Positions 1 through 15,497 are shown, counted from the stretch's first letter. The stretch: DNA of 64,000 bases from Tubulanus polymorphus (GCF_964204645.1 NC_134028.1:9486001-9550000); one strand, 5' to 3'. Notes: generated from the letters alone by a model not told the origin. Program-made: numbers and translations.

Positions 1-922
1 AGAACATTTTTTCAGGGGGGTTCCATGGTGTTTACCATCCCCCTGGATCCGCCCTGTGATGAATTATTGACAATGTAGGCCTACTGGTGCATATTCCACG
101 GGCCGTAGTAGTATAGATGTCTACGGTTGGGATACAGTTTTTTTATTTTATTGCTCCGGTTTTATGCGGCCGTGTGTTTGTATATTGGTTGTGTAAAAAG
201 CTCAATAGATCATTCATTCATTATAAATGACTCTGTGATAGATATGTTTACGCAACTAATATCAGGTGAAACGAAATGAACACGAGTCTCAATTATTAAA
301 AAACAATTTTCATTCACGTATACGGTATACGGTACCGCGGCTGCTCGCGCGGTTCTCACATTCCTACGGGGAATATCAGAATAAACATATCAATACGCGA
401 ACATCGATTAAAACAACCGCTTTTTACATAATCGATTCGCTTGTAAAATTCATATCGGTACATCATTTTAATTGGATGCAGGCTCAACAAGTAATATTTA
501 TGGCCATAGCGATAAAATGATCTGGAAAACGCGCTGTCGTTGACAACATAACCGAGCCACACGATATAAGGGTTCCAGTTTTACAATACCCGTGCGGGTT
601 ACAGTTTTTTACCTATAAATGCAATTGATTCACTACGCATCGAGAAATTGTATTTCGCTTAATCATTTAGGAAATATGCAAATGACCTGGATGCAGGAAT
701 GCCACGGGCTACAATGACATGTATACATATATATCTGTACACAATATGGACCGCAGCATATGTTTTAAAATGTTAATACCCAAATGTACAAATTTGATAG
801 AAGGCCATTTGGATCCGATCATGAACACGTATAGATTATATTCTAAGTTCTTCGTCCACGATCTGATGGTGATGTGGTGAAAGATGCTATAACTTTTTAC
901 TGCATTTTAGTGCCAATTCACG

Positions 923-1230
923 GCCCGTGTCGAGCTTTTTAATGGGCAGTTCTATTTCCAGAAAAAGGGCCCTTTTTACCGTGAAAATGACATTTCCTAT
1001 TGAAAGAGGACAGATCTTAACATGAAGTGCCCGGGTACCCAAACCTGAATAGAACATTTCAGAATGGATAACTTTTTATTTTCTAAAAAAAAATCATGAA
1101 AATTGTATCCAAACTTCCAAAATCTTGACCCAAATTTTTTGACACTAACTTTTTGAAGGGCACTTTGAAAATTTTAGGGGTTCGTTCGCTAACCCCGAAC
1201 CTCCCCCCCCCCTCCCTCTCAGCACGGGGC
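923..1230. mobile_element. MITE-like element
   Basis: Termini gcccgtg... / ...agcacggggc, with internal aaagggc motifs and a poly-C run near the right end. Confidence 0.45.
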
Positions 1231-3633
1231 TAATCCACTGGATCATGCGTGGACATCGGCTCTGGCATAAGACATTCTATTTCGATTCCCATCCCAGGAA
1301 AATCACGGATAGACTTTATTTGGTGGTCGTATAGTTGTAATGGACTATTATACGGCAGGTATCGTTAAGCCGGGAAGTTACCAATACCGCCTACTGGGTT
1401 TAGTTCTGGGGATGATGGTATACGTATAATTACGCTAAACTTACCGGGGTGATGAATGAAGTAACAATTTTCGCTCTTTCGGGCTGATGGTGTATGTTTA
1501 CCGGGAAACTGTAACAGTTGCTGCAATCCTGCAAACAGAGTCTCTATAGTTAATTACGGATAAACAATAATCATACAATTACTGAGGTGGTGCAGTTATT
1601 TATATCATTATACAATCATCATTACGCTACTGTTAGCGGTATATTAACAGCCAGTCCCCCTGCTGTTTATTGCACTCGGTGAACAGGTTTTCATTTTTCC
1701 TCGACAAAACCGAATCTTCACAGCACAACAAACAACCTAATCCCATTGTTATACCTCTTTCACACGGAGTCTCGTACTGTATCACTTTATCTTCTCCGGC
1801 AGAACAACGCTGAAAAAAGCTGAAAGAAAAACAACTCACGAAATTTGAGCTGATCATTGAACTGTTCATTATCTAATAAGGAGTCTGCAGTCGACTGTGG
1901 ACGTTGAGGATTCGGCTTGTGGAATCCAACAGGTTGCAGCAGTATGAATTCGGACAACGATGCCGAATCTTTCCTCAGATTCAATCAGAATCGGTCCAAG
2001 ATTTCTCAATTTCTACACGAATGAACGCTTAAGATCAGTCATAGTTTATCAGAAGATCACGATTTGCCTTACAAATTTCTGACGTAGGCAAAAGATCTCG
2101 ACGAAAGCCATTCGATAGGATAAACTAAATTTTCATCATTTTTTCTTAGTGTTAAGCACGCCATCTGGTGGCGTTGCTGACGACACGGCGTCCTCATCGA
2201 TACGTCAAGCAAAAAGAAGTTTCTAGTTTCTCAATCATTCAGACTAGAAGAACTTACCACTGTATAAGCGTGTGTAAGTACGTATTCAAGGGTAAAAAGA
2301 AACGTATTTCGATAGCGTGTTCAGCGAGGGGAATTATGTATATATGTGACGGCATTGAGTACTCGCGTTGAGAATCTCTCCTGTGATGATGATGATGAAA
2401 GGCTATGTGAACATCATCGTATAAAACAAACCTTACCCCACTATTTGATCAAATGATCGATAAATATATAGCATATCTCCTCTCGCATCATCCGTACCTT
2501 ATCTGAGGGCTGTGTCATAGCAACCGTATCCATATACAATCGAAAGCAACAGGTTTGTATCCGACTATTTTGAAAATCGGCATTCGTTAAAAGATTTTGA
2601 CGTTGTTTAATTCAGAGCGGAAAGTGAAGCCCGAATTTATTGATATTCATTTTTGTTATTAAAATATTCAAACCATTATGTTTCTTAGATCTCCTATCGG
2701 CTGCTGCCAATCTTGTGCATACGTTTACAGGTAAATCTGGGACCAGTTGCTCAAAAACTGGTTGAAAACAACCGGCAGATAAATACCATATTTGCAATGA
2801 ACTTTTAATTGCCACTATGTCAACTATTCACTGTTTAACTCTAACCAACTTTTGAGCAACTAGCACTTGTTGTCTAACAACCATATCACCGAATTGAAGG
2901 GGAGAGGCTGTTAAGAAAGATGATACATATCCCTATTTTCAGAACATTAAACTATGAACTACCGGCATATTTTATCTTTTGCTAACTAATAATCAACACG
3001 GAATGATTTATATGTATCGATATATTTCCCTTCATTAAGGTACACATTAAGCTAATGACGGATTTTCTTCTTAGATTCTTTGCAGACGCATCGCGCACAT
3101 CGTCTTTTCATCCCGACACGCGGATTCCACGGCTATGACGAACGCCGCATAGCATAAATCGTGATGGAAATGTTTGCTTATTAAATTGATTAGTCGTGTC
3201 TCATGTAAAAACCGTCGCTGTAATTAATACACTAAACGTACATTCTGAAGAGACATTAAAATGTGTACACTTCGACAGACCTTCATTAATCATCTTATCT
3301 CCGGAGAAAATCCTCAGATCGACGGCAGAAGCGACGATTGAATATGACGAGATGCCAGGCAACAGGATCAACTAGTAGTCTCTGCAGCACTTGAAAAGTA
3401 AACGACGAATCTTTATGTAAACGTGACTGTGAGCTCTTCACCCAGCAATTGATGTTTGGATCCCAGAACGTTAGCGAAGCTTGATCCTGTTTCACTGTCT
3501 GGCGTGTCTTCGTAAATGGTCGTATGTACAAATTGACAACTGAATAGGTGCGAGAAGATGAACCAAATTCTTCTATCTGCTTAGATTCTTTAGACTATTT
3601 CTATTTGAGTAAAAACCCTCCAAACAAATGCGC

Positions 3634-3742
3634 GGGCCGGGTTTACAGACTGGTATTACCTTAACCTGGGGGCTAACCTAATTCATTTTCAATTTGATTA
3701 GCCCCTGGGGTAAAGGTAGTACCAGTATATAAAACCGGGCCC
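3634..3742. mobile_element. Palindromic MITE (GGGCC termini)
   Basis: About 45-bp arms: gggccgggtttacagactggtattacctt... vs ...aaggtagtaccagtatataaaaccgggccc. Similar termini occur at 50358-50466 and 51519-51607. Confidence 0.7.
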
Positions 3743-5406
3743 AGAATATCAAAATGTATCTGAATTTTCACGCATTTGGCAAATGGGCGCAGTTCTTTTT
3801 ATCGCTCTCATGTCGCAATTTGAGAAATAAATTTCCCATATATATCTGTGATTTATTTTCATCATATTTTGAAGAGTTAATCAACTTATAACAAATAAGC
3901 TCGTGACCTTTCAACTTCTCGACGAATATGAATATTTCTTTGCACATGGCAAGACTCTAATCAAGACTGGCTGTTATTGTCATCGGAAAACCTTGGCGGA
4001 AATTAACTGAGCAACTGAAAGAATTTTGCGATCACGTGTCACTTGTTGACGGTAGCTGTCTTGTTCGTATCTCCCGTCTATCGCGCTACACTGAATAGAG
4101 TAACCATCAGTAATTATTGGTTGAATCCACGGGGATTTCTTTGTGTGTGCAGTACCAATTACTTGGCGCCCTCGGTTGCGCGGATGACGCTACACGCCGT
4201 TATAGATCGGGGCTAAACTTCGATTATTTCAAGTAAATACTGACACTGCCAATTTCCTTATTACTCCCGCCGAGCGGATAGTTTACTTTGGTTCGTCTGT
4301 AATAAGGTCGCCGCCGGAAGTCTATTGCAAATGGCTACCGAATGGTCACGTGACCGCTATCGCCGCCAATCACACATGATCGGTTTCAAGTTTTGAATTC
4401 AGTTCGTCGCTCCAAAAAAGGTATGCAACGTTTCCAACTGCCAAACTGCCACAAAGTTGTCCTTGCCGAAGACCAGATTGGAATGAAAATGTTTTCCATC
4501 GATTTTGTAAGGTATATATACCTGTTAGCAAAAATTCATAAAGACTAGACTAACAACAGTTACCCGGAATAATTTGACTTGTTCTAGAATATGCCACGGG
4601 CCCGGTACGACTTTTTGTTTGGGCCAAAATCGGCCCGTTTCAAACACGGGCACGAACCGGGGGCACCGGTGTGTGGACGACTGGCCCGAGCCTAATATGG
4701 CATGGGCCGAATTTTGCCCGGATCATAAAGTGCTCGTGTGATCGGCGCTGTAAACAGCTGCGAATTAAAGGCAAAAATGGAAAAGAAACACGTTTCCTTT
4801 GAATCGGTGAAAATATTTATTTTTGTATGGTAAACAACAAAACAATGATCAGGATTTCGTTACGTTATATTTATGAATTGTCTGTAGCAAATTTTTTTTT
4901 TATCATACGAAAAAATACACTATATACAACGTACCAACCGATTATGATATATGTATACAATGCACAAAGTGCATGCATATAATATATACGTATAGGATGG
5001 TGTGTGAGAATATGAAAAAATATTGTGATAACTTCAAACGAGACGACCAATTGGAAAAGATGTAAAATCGTGATTACGTTGACATTAATTTCCGGACACG
5101 AGCGATATTTTGAAAAAAAAACCCAGAATTACAGTTGCTGAATGACATCACGCGTTTATTCCACAGTCGAAACATTCATTGCTTTGGGATAATTTTTAAG
5201 AATCACGGAAAGCACCAAAATGACAAAACACTTTTAGATTCGCCTAGCTGTGAAACATATAGGTTTCATCGTTTGGTCGTTTAGTTATTGAGGCTTAAAT
5301 GGAATTCTGGAAGTGTGAAAAATCAGAAATGAAATTCGTAGGGCTACACGTTCTCGAGTTATTCAAGTTCAATAATAGCGAAATGAACAAGTGACATTCC
5401 AATGCA

Positions 5407-5610
5407 CAGTATAACCTCGTTTTAACGAGTTCGGATATACCGATTTATCGGTTATGACAAACTTTGAATTTTGTACCAAATACAACAATATCGATTACTT
5501 TCATACTGGATACAACGAACTATCGGTTATGACATGGACTCTTAAGAGTCCATGGTTATAACGAACAAATTTGCTGGTCCCCTGAAGTTCGTATTAACGA
5601 AGTTCCACTG
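5407..5610. mobile_element. Tc1/mariner(pogo)-like MITE
   Basis: TIRs cagtataacctcgttttaacga / tcgtattaacgaagttccactg, with internal repeated tatcggttatgaca and ataacgaa motifs. Confidence 0.65.
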
Positions 5611-7458
5611 GTAGAAGGTATTTGAGAAAAACTATCAACAACATTTTCTAATACGAGATGGATGGTGAAAGCTGCAGACATCTTGCAATTCGTCTCGGGA
5701 TTATGTAAATACCAATTTATCGATGTTCTAAATTGAATTAATGAAATACCGCGGGAGAGTCAACTGTGTCCTAATGATGGTCAGTGAATGTATATGCTAC
5801 AGGCGGCGGATAAACTGGATTATGCAAACTATCTACAGTAGCTACAGGTTGATATAACTTTCACAACCTTATTAGCGACAACCGAGCAGTTATAGACCAA
5901 ATCGTTAGACGTATAGCAAATTCACGGATCCATCCCGATGCTCGCGATACTTCTACGACGTTCATCCCCAATTCGATCCACGAGCAATCATGCCAACATC
6001 GCTCACTGATTCGATGTTGTGTAACGGTATACATCGACACTGATGTAATAAAGCACATTTTCGATACAGTGGATAAAAAAATAAATCAAAACAAAAGAGC
6101 TTAGTCGGAATCTTAAGTTGATGAGAGAGTAACGTAACTACCATTTGGGGGATCTAAGACATAGTTTGATTGGATCTCTATTTGGTGGCAAATAACAAGT
6201 CTGCAAATTATAGCAAATCCGAATTACAGAAATAAGAGAACGATTATATGAAATAATGTTACCAGTAACTTGCCACTTCCAGTCGATTTACATTATATGG
6301 CACATAAATATAATTCCAATTACAAATTACTATACAAATCTACACACAAATAAACTGGCAAGCATCCTGTCATGGAGTCAACTGCTCCGACTGTCATGAT
6401 GCTCTTTGTTTCTTGTTCACATAAATATTATAAGATGCCATGGTGCGAGGTGAAGCATCTTCAAAGATGTAGTGTCTTAACTGGAGAGAGATTCAAAATT
6501 CACATTCTTCAGATGGAAGAATATCCCTTATACAAATACTACCATAGCCTAACCTCGACATATTTTCTTTTTTTACAAATAAATAGTAATTATCATACCT
6601 CAATGTGAGGTAAATTAAACATCTAGAAATGCAGAAAAAACATAGTGACGGTATATGTACATTTGCAATTGATTCATCAGAACTTGTGAATTTGGAAGAT
6701 TCAGTTCGGCCGTTCCGAATTGCTAACGACCAACTCGGAACTATAATCTTCAGTTGCCAATCCGCAACTGCCGAACGGAATCTAGTGATATTACATATCG
6801 GTGCGGAGTGAACAAACAACTGGATTTTCCACACCCTAGGAATTACACTGTAATAAGCAGGCTGATGACAGACTGACCAACCGACCCCGAGAACCAGATT
6901 GATTCAAAAAGAAAGACATCAAATTGACGAAACGACATTTTTCCGAAAACGGTTCTTAAAAGGATCAACCCGTAACGTTCCGAGGAGTTGGCATACAAAT
7001 TGACAAACACAAGAACATTAATTTTTAATAAATCAAGTCCAACTAGTTCCGCGGTAATGATAGAGTGCCGGTCGAATCACGACAAAGACGCAAACTATCA
7101 TCTGACAATAGTTATTGTGACATGGCGACATGTATTTTATCGCCTAGAGGGATGGTGTCTACTGGGTAAATAACGGTTGTAAACCATACAGAGACAGCTA
7201 AGTTCCGGACACACTCCTCGCAACACTTTTACGGACAGCATCTCATTAACGACGTGTCCAATGTTAATTTTGACATCTAACTCATAAGACAAAACGCGTT
7301 ATATTCCCATATACTTTTGAAATCACGATAAAGGCAATAATAGTTGGGATCACATTGTACATAGTCAATATCGATACCACCAATGGCATAATAGTATATA
7401 ATATCGGAAATACATAGATTCATCTTGATGTAATGTATTTGTGTCAGTACCTTAGTAT

Positions 7459-8074
7459 TTAGGGCCATCCAAAATCTTTGTTTACGGTCTGATAGAATTT
7501 TTGATTAAATGGTCTAAAGAAATCACGTAGTCTCTGTAATGCCTTCGGTTCGATGTGCGGATGCTGGCGACCTTTAGTTTTCCCGAGACAATGGGGAGTC
7601 GCGTTGCCTTCGCCTTTCTTCAGGCAAGGGAATCCCTTTGTCTCGTTGAAGTAGAAATGTTTTTCACTTACGATACGCTTCAAGCCTAAAAAGTCTTGCA
7701 CATCGGCCATCACCCCGGCAGGGTCTGAAATGAGTCTTTCGCCGCTCACAAAATGCATTTGTTCCAGAGGGAAATGTCTTAGCCAGCGTTCTAAATGTTT
7801 AGCGTACATGCCGATCCTTATGGCACCCCACGATGCATCGACTATAGTCGAATTGTTCAAAAATGCCATTTGTTCGAATGGTTTTTGTGATGGTCGCTTA
7901 CTGGCGGTTTGAGTGTAGTCAGATATTGCCCTCGTCACCGGATCTCGAACTACTATGATTAGTTTGACAGCTTTAGACATGGCGGCGATGCGTTTTGGGG
8001 CGCCTTTAGTGACGAAATAGCAGGGAGTCTTCTCCATAGTAATCTGGCCTGGTAACGTCGGCGGCATACGGCGT
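7459..8074 (-). CDS. HS3ST: Heparan sulfate glucosamine 3-O-sulfotransferase (HS3ST2/3/4/6-type), final coding exon (C-terminal part of sulfotransferase domain)
   Basis: Translation contains TMEKTPCYF, the 3'-PAPS-binding motif [36 protein letters not shown] and the terminal FGWP*. Acceptor ttgcag|A has its AG at 8076-8075; phase 2 matches the upstream donors. Confidence 0.96.
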
Positions 8075-10197
8075 CTGCAAGATTTAACAAAGTAAAAATC
8101 ATTAAGACAATATTTACGAACGTATATAACATAAGTAGATTCTTAGTAAAATCAATTTTGAAAAAAAAATATGTATGGTATCAAATGATAGCAGACAGCG
8201 TTTACCAAAATGGTGGATTCACTAATTTCAATACATAGAGTTATCTTGGTTTGATCTTGGAGTAATCATTTGACTTAAATGATTACTCCAATTTTTGATA
8301 CGCCCAGCAATCGTTGCAACGCATGACTAATCTCAGATCAAGGTTGTGATCGTATTTGGTCACGAATCTACATGATCAGTGTCAATTTTGACCGGCATTG
8401 AAACTGAATAGTACGTTATGTACATTTCCTGACATAGATTTATGAGCTGTATAGTTTGAATTCATCCGGCAACATGCTAACTAACTTCGACTACCTTCCT
8501 TTTTGACAATCGTTTCATAATTCCTGCATTACGACTGGACATTATTACATTATTACATTACTAAAGGCGACCACTCTCGATATAGCTCCTTAATCGTGAT
8601 ATTGGTATTAGCGCCTATAATCTAGAATCATTGTCAAATGTCATGTATTTCGTGTTGTCTAAAAGCTGCACAAATTGCGCGTTTAACATCAGCAGCAGAA
8701 GAAAAACTCTTCGAAAAAAACATTCTAAGACATTGTTTCCGTGTAAAAGGTCGATGATTCACCCATCCTCCGGAGGTTGACAAAAATTAAAAGAACTATG
8801 TCTCAGTCTATCTACTACTTTATAGAAAAATAAAAATACTATGACGCGGTGTAGTGTTGTCTAGGAAATCACGACGTAACTGCGTGCGCACACGCGATCG
8901 GCAACCGGAAGCCATTGCATCGTGCAAACCGGCACCGATCTCACGTAAGAGCATCAATAGTTGATGGTTTTTCAACTGGAACATTGGAGGATTAGTCACG
9001 CGCAAACAGTTACGATATTGGGACCTTGTACCCATGCTGTGTCGTACAAGCTAGTTTCTCTGATGTTATTTTTATCAGTTTCCTGAACGATTGAACGAAA
9101 CGTTTTCCACGATATGACTAAAATTGACATCGATGTATTGACGTCCAAACAAACGGCCGTAAATGTAGGTTGCACTATACACAAACACACAACATATCAA
9201 CGGTGCGGCGAGAAAAATCTCTAGTCCATAAAATACCTCGTCAACTGGCAAGGGACAAGGAAATAATTTGCTGCATGAAGCCGAAGAGCGAAGAGCAAAG
9301 GAATGTTGCCGCTTAGCATAAGAATGCAATCAAACCGAAGAGACCGAGACAGATATCGCAGCAGATGTCCAAAACCAAATAAGCCGGCTAAAATGTTTCC
9401 GTTGAAATCCGACCTAAATCGAAAGAGAGCGATGAAATACTCGTCGCGTAGGAGGCGGTGTATCGGACAAAATGGCACAAAATTATGTCACCTGAATAGC
9501 TCGCGCAAAAGCCGGAGACTCGATGACGTTGTTGTTTGTAAGAAAAAAGGATCAAACTATTTTCGAAGTATTGTTCGAGCTATTGTGTAGAGGTTTGTGA
9601 ATTCGAACTCTTTTAAACGGGTTATTATTGTAGTCGAGCTATTGAATGAGGGGTGGTTTAACTGACAGGGTAAACGCTTGTAATCCCATCAGTGAAGAGC
9701 GATGAACACACAGAATCGAGCCAAAGTTTACTTTAAACCGGCTGGAAGAAATTCCGGACCGGATTAACGCTTTCCGCCAATCACCGAAGAACCGAAACGC
9801 ATTTTCTAGGTTAGTCTTTATCGGCTAGGGAATCACGCTTGTCTTCATCTCTGTGAGCTTCGATCGAATTTCACGCTAGAATGGCATTTATATATCTCAC
9901 TGCTGAAATGGAAACCAATTTTTTTAATGTTTACTATGCTTCGAGAGATTTGTATGTCGGTGCTCATAGCCTCGTCTGGGTTATATACGGTGACCTTTCT
10001 GGTCGCATGAACTGTTTACGAAAAATCCCAAAAATCTTATTTTCTTGTTTCAACATAGACTAATGTTCATCCATCGGTAAAATACCATACAACTTACCCA
10101 CACAAATCCGATTTTTGACGCCGTAAAAACCGTTACAACAATGTTTATATACATTGATACCTAGCATGCGTTATTCAAGGGGTTCTGTGTGAGTCCA

Positions 10198-10545
10198 TGT
10201 GCACTACGTCATCAATATTGGCGTTTCAAAATAACGATTACCATGAATTTTGGCGTTTATTTTGAAATCTGATATATTTCATAACGCTTATTTCATTTTC
10301 GATGAATTTTATTTATCATTTTTGAGAGGGTGTGTGCACTATACGTCATCGATATATCGGGGCTGGAATGGTTGCCGGTCAATTCAATTCAATTATCGAT
10401 ATATTCAAATTAAAACAACTGTATAGATCCTTAGCATTATACATGTATAATGCATAACATATTATCAATTGTCGATAATAGTACGCAATATATGCGTTAT
10501 TTCTCAAGGCGTCAATTAACTATCAAGTTCGATTTCTTGTTACGT
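10198..10545 (+). repeat. Interspersed repeat, copy 1
   Basis: Collinear similarity to 15498-15850 (tgtgcactacgtcatc ... attcaatt ... tcgatatattcaaatt ... tcaaggcgtc); a partial copy lies at ~49340-49470. Confidence 0.75.
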
Positions 10546-12777
10546 CGGTTGGAGAGAATATCTCGACTAGAGAAAAGCAGTCAAGTAAAATATAGTGGCG
10601 CCAAACTACCCGTTGTTTAGGCCGATAATCCTCGGTTGTGATCTCATGGATAAGTATACAGCTGGGCAGGTGATAAGTCACGTGAGATAAGGATAATACT
10701 TGTAGATGACTGAACAGCTGAGAGACGTCAGGTGTAACAGATAAGCGTCATCTAAACCTCGGTGAATTTAAGCCCTCACTGTGAGAACCAGTTTGTTCAA
10801 CAGCACTTGCACGAATTTAATCTCGATAATAAGCACTTAAAGTCAAAGTTTCCCGCAGTTTCGGGTCAACAAATTCGTGTTTTTTTATTCGCGGAAAATG
10901 AGCTGGCATCTGTTGAGATAGGTGATGTCTATAGAGCTACGATCGCCTGTGCAATAGGTTCATATACATCGGGGTATAAAAGTCAAATGTCTACCGACGA
11001 TAAACTGAAATGCCACTTCCATACACTATAGTGATAACATTGGGAGTTAAGCGGGTTACAACGAACCACGAAAAACCATTTTTCAGAAATCGAATAAAAT
11101 CTCTTGTACAATGTCTTTGCATAGGTATGTGGAAATGGCATTAAATTAAATTCCAATTCAAATTTATTCAGTAAAACCATACAATGATTACGACTGAAGT
11201 AAACAAAACGATAGTACAACATTACAAGCAGTTGCAATATTCTACATACGATTATGAAACTGAATTTCATAATAAACGAAAGGGAGAGGGAAAAAAGGAT
11301 ACAACAAAATGTATACACGCATACAAGTGCATCTTCGAACTCTTCAGGAACTGCGAGCGTATTAGCCGTCACAACGCTACGATTTACCTTCGTTTCAAGA
11401 AGGTCCATCAGAAAGGTCCGCATTTTAATTAAATCGAACTGCCCATTAAATCGGTAACGCTTGGCCTGAACTTCGTTATCCATGGTAGAATGAGAGAGTT
11501 GGAAAGGTTGTGTATTTTGCTTTTAATTCTCGATAAATAGAATTCGTTTTTAATCTCTTAGATTATGTATATAGTGGCTTTAACACTTATTCGTCAATGA
11601 TACTTGTAATTCGAGATTAATAATTGAACGGCGTGGATGAAAGTTGTTCAAACCGACGATTCGGAAGAACCTAATCTCAATTTCTCCGCGAAGTGTGCGG
11701 ATAGTTCGGACTGACCAAAGACGGCAATCAGTAACATTTGTATTCACAAAATTAACTGATACCGTCAGCGAATGAAAGCGCTTAATTGGGTTACTTGTTC
11801 CAATATTACTAAGTTAACCAGATCTCAAACCAGATCTGAAGACAGCAAAAATTGTATTTCGTTGATGAAAGACTCGTTCAAGTGAAGCGCACTAGGAAAG
11901 TAATCGAACTGGTCTTCGGTTCAATTGCGTTTCGTGATCTTGCTAGTCATCTTTGATTCTTGGCCGAATCGAAAACAAACAGCTTGCTAATCCGCCTCGG
12001 GCGACGAGAATATGAGATAACTGTTGATTTGCAAGGCACGCCGCGCTGCTGGAATGTTAGCTGTTGATTCCGCGAACTGTCGAAATGAGAAATCGGGAAT
12101 TGCGGAGGAAAAGTCGACGCACCAACTAAATCTTATTGATATGATGCAGACAGAAAAAGTCGGTTGTTCGTCGTCTTGGGAAAACGGTAGCTCTTTCTGT
12201 CTGAGATATCACCGGTTAATGCGCGTCGAAATATATTCGCTTGGAAAAAGGGTTCCTCCTTATCATACCCTCGTATTCATAGTTAACATTAAAAAATGTG
12301 TTGAAATTCCCTCGATCGCATCCGCCGAGCGAGAGATGGCACTTTCGCTAAAACAACCTCATCAGTCACCATACAATAGAGTATGATAGTTAGACATATG
12401 ATCTACGTTTTGTATTAAGTAATTGCTACCGCAGGCACGAATCATCCGTAGCACTATCCCTGATTGCAGTTTTAGATGTGTGACGTCAAACCGTGGCAAA
12501 CATTGGTCACGATGCGTCGTGGAGGTTGTTAATATGTCTCGCATTGGTTCCGATATTTGCCGTACCCATGAAACTATTACAGAAACGGACACGGCGACAA
12601 TTAGCCGCGGCGGTCTGTTGATATTTTTAATCGTGGTTCTGCGTCTGAGTGGAATAAACAATCGCTCAAATGGACACATTTACACACGCAAGGGGTTGGT
12701 TGATGTGCATACGGCTTAAGTAACGATACTTTAACTTCCAATACGTTGTTCGCATTCCGCTGGTTTGTTATGCATTG

Positions 12778-12996
12778 CAGGGGCGGATCCAGGGGGATTC
12801 GAGGTGTCTGGAATCCACCCTGAAAAAATGTCATTTTCTTCTAACACTGCTGTTCCCTCATACGTCACTAAATGTTAAATTTTGCTGATCAAATGGAGGA
12901 AAATGTATCTAGAGGCTTCTATTTTTTTTAGAATTCAGCATTTAGGAAACAAATCTATCTTGGAATCTCCCATGTCCAATCCTGGATCGACCTCTG
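12778..12996. mobile_element. MITE with CAGGGGCGGATCCAGG termini
   Basis: TIRs caggggcggatccagg / cctggatcgacctctg with a flanking direct repeat CATTG. The right end of the same family (cctggatccgccctg) also occurs at ~42-56. Confidence 0.75.
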
Positions 12997-15497
12997 CATT
13001 GTAGGTATATTTGCAGTAGATCCGCTGTTCTTACGATTCTGTCAAGCTATTCAGACTGATGGCATTGCGATCAACGCTTACCATGTGATTTCAGTAACTC
13101 GATTTGTAACTCGGCTATAGCCTCTGGCGGTTTACGAATTTTCAATAGCTACTACAATATCCTTAGAAAGATGGATGCCGACAGCGAAAACGAAGACAAC
13201 TAAACCCAGATTTCTCAAAGGACAAGTTTGTGAAAAATAGCCCGCATCGGCAGGTGGTTCGGTATCGTATGGGGGTCCAAACTATAGTATTCAAGTGATG
13301 GCCTGGATCTCGAGTGGGGTACTTGAGAAAATGTCATTTCGACAACCATTTTAAAGCTGAAATGAACCTATTTCGGCGTATGATACTTAGCCCTCGGCGG
13401 TTCTCGGCGATACAATGCTCATTCGGCGGCACAATGCTCAGAACCAACACCTTTCCATTTGGAGTTGTGATATATGAATTCATCAATGGCGATCATTTGC
13501 CAATGCAATTTGAATACGCTAAAGTCTATACACAAAACGTTCAAACGTCTAACGAGGATAAGATGATCAGATTAAGGAGATTAGAAATCCATTGGTCAAA
13601 TATTTACCGTCTAGAATTACAGGTTATCCCTAATTGACAACAGAACTGAACTATAAAAGGCATATGTTTGGCATTTGTTATGTACACGTGGTCGTTTGTA
13701 TTACATGAATACAGGATTTGAATGATATTAATGTGGAGACTGCGATAATTGTTATTTTGGAACAAATTTGAGCAATTTAATCGTGTAGTCCTCACGCAAA
13801 GCGGCAGATGCGTTAGCGGCACTTGTGTTCTGACGCGTGCAAGGAAATGTGACAGGGACATGGACTGAGGGCCATAAAACAGTCGACGGACAGTACCGGT
13901 CATCTGGTCCACTGGATTATCGGAACATGGACGTTAACTCTAGTTTGTATTGCCCCGTGTCAGCCTGTTCCAGGGACCAGGTTGTATCGCTGTCCATAAA
14001 ACATCAATAGTTGGGTTGGCACCATCATTATAAGCATGGACGTGTATAAACTTGTCCATGCGCATCCGCGGTTATCATATCTAAGAACAAGTATTATGAC
14101 AGATTCAATGAAAAAAAAAGCCATGATTATTCTAGTCTGAACGATAAGAGCCCGAGTTTGACCAGGCGGGCGAAATACACTCTGAATTGGCTCGGGCTTA
14201 GAATATCGACTGAAATAGAACTGGATGCCTCGTAGTAAAGGTTTATACGGACTACGAGGCAGTACGCGCTGAAGATGGATGAAACTCATCTCTGAGCGGT
14301 GGATGTAACAGTCAAGAGACATCGCTTATCCATTATAGAACTGCGCAGAAAATATAGATTTGTTTATATGTGGCGTAGATTATTGATAATTCTATATGCG
14401 CGGTGTGTTGTGACATTAAGATCCTGACTGATGATGACACTGCTGGGTATTAACTAGCTATCTCCAACAACACTCACCTATATAATTATATGCGCGGCGT
14501 CGTCATTAGGGTTGATATAGCGACAAAATGTCGACAACCTATTTCTTTTGTACTTCCCGAGCGTTAAATACGAAAGAAGAAAGGCGGATTTTTTCGAAAG
14601 ACGCAGCACAGTAGCAAGAGAATAGTATATCTCACCTCCAAACACAATACAAACATAATCTGCGACAACCCAACCCGTTACGATTGCTCCAAATTTGCTA
14701 ATACATCAACTTAACGTTCATTATTCATTATTATCGTTATACATGTATTTCCCCCAATTACAATCTAATTTTCTTGTAATTTCTCTAGTACGAGCTCATC
14801 TGTTTCTCATCTTTCTCTCCTGCCTTCTCTCTCTTTCATTGGGTGCCTGCGCTAGCGGCCTACAAGGCTTTGCAAGGCCCACAATTGAAAAGCACTCTAC
14901 AATTTTGTAAATTTATATATATTTTTCTTTCTCTTTTTTCGGATTGTTTAAGTTGTAATAATGTTACGTTTTTCTGTGAAATAAATTGAAAATAATAAAG
15001 ATGAAAGTAAATAGTGGTCGTCTTGAACTTAATTTGAGTTCAACCATGGACGTGTAAACTAGGATATATATATACGTCCAAGGGATTGGGAACCCGCTAC
15101 CCACGCGGGACTCGTACATATCCTCAAACAGCGTGGCATCAAAATCATCAATTCATTAATGAAACTCGTTACTCGGAAAATCTACTTTAATTATCTAAAT
15201 TCACTTTCGGATGCAACAGAGTGTTCGTAACAAGAGTAGACAACCGCTAGACTCGTTAGAAATCGATTAGAGGATTACGGAGAGGAATATCATTTACGTA
15301 CGTCAGTGACCAACGGCAATCGACCGGTCTACAGGGGCTTGGTAAATATACCTTCAGAAAGATGAGCAACGTAATGGCTGCGATGATCAGCAAGCATCGT
15401 AGCTTTTTTGACTTCGTAGAAACGGGTCACAATAATGTTTTTATAATACATTGATAATTACTATGCGTTACGTATTCAAGCGGTACTGTATAAGTCG

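Noticed and set aside
10983-11483. 166-aa minus-strand ORF inside the HS3ST intron
   Set aside because: T-rich, low-information translation with no recognisable domain or convincing splice context.
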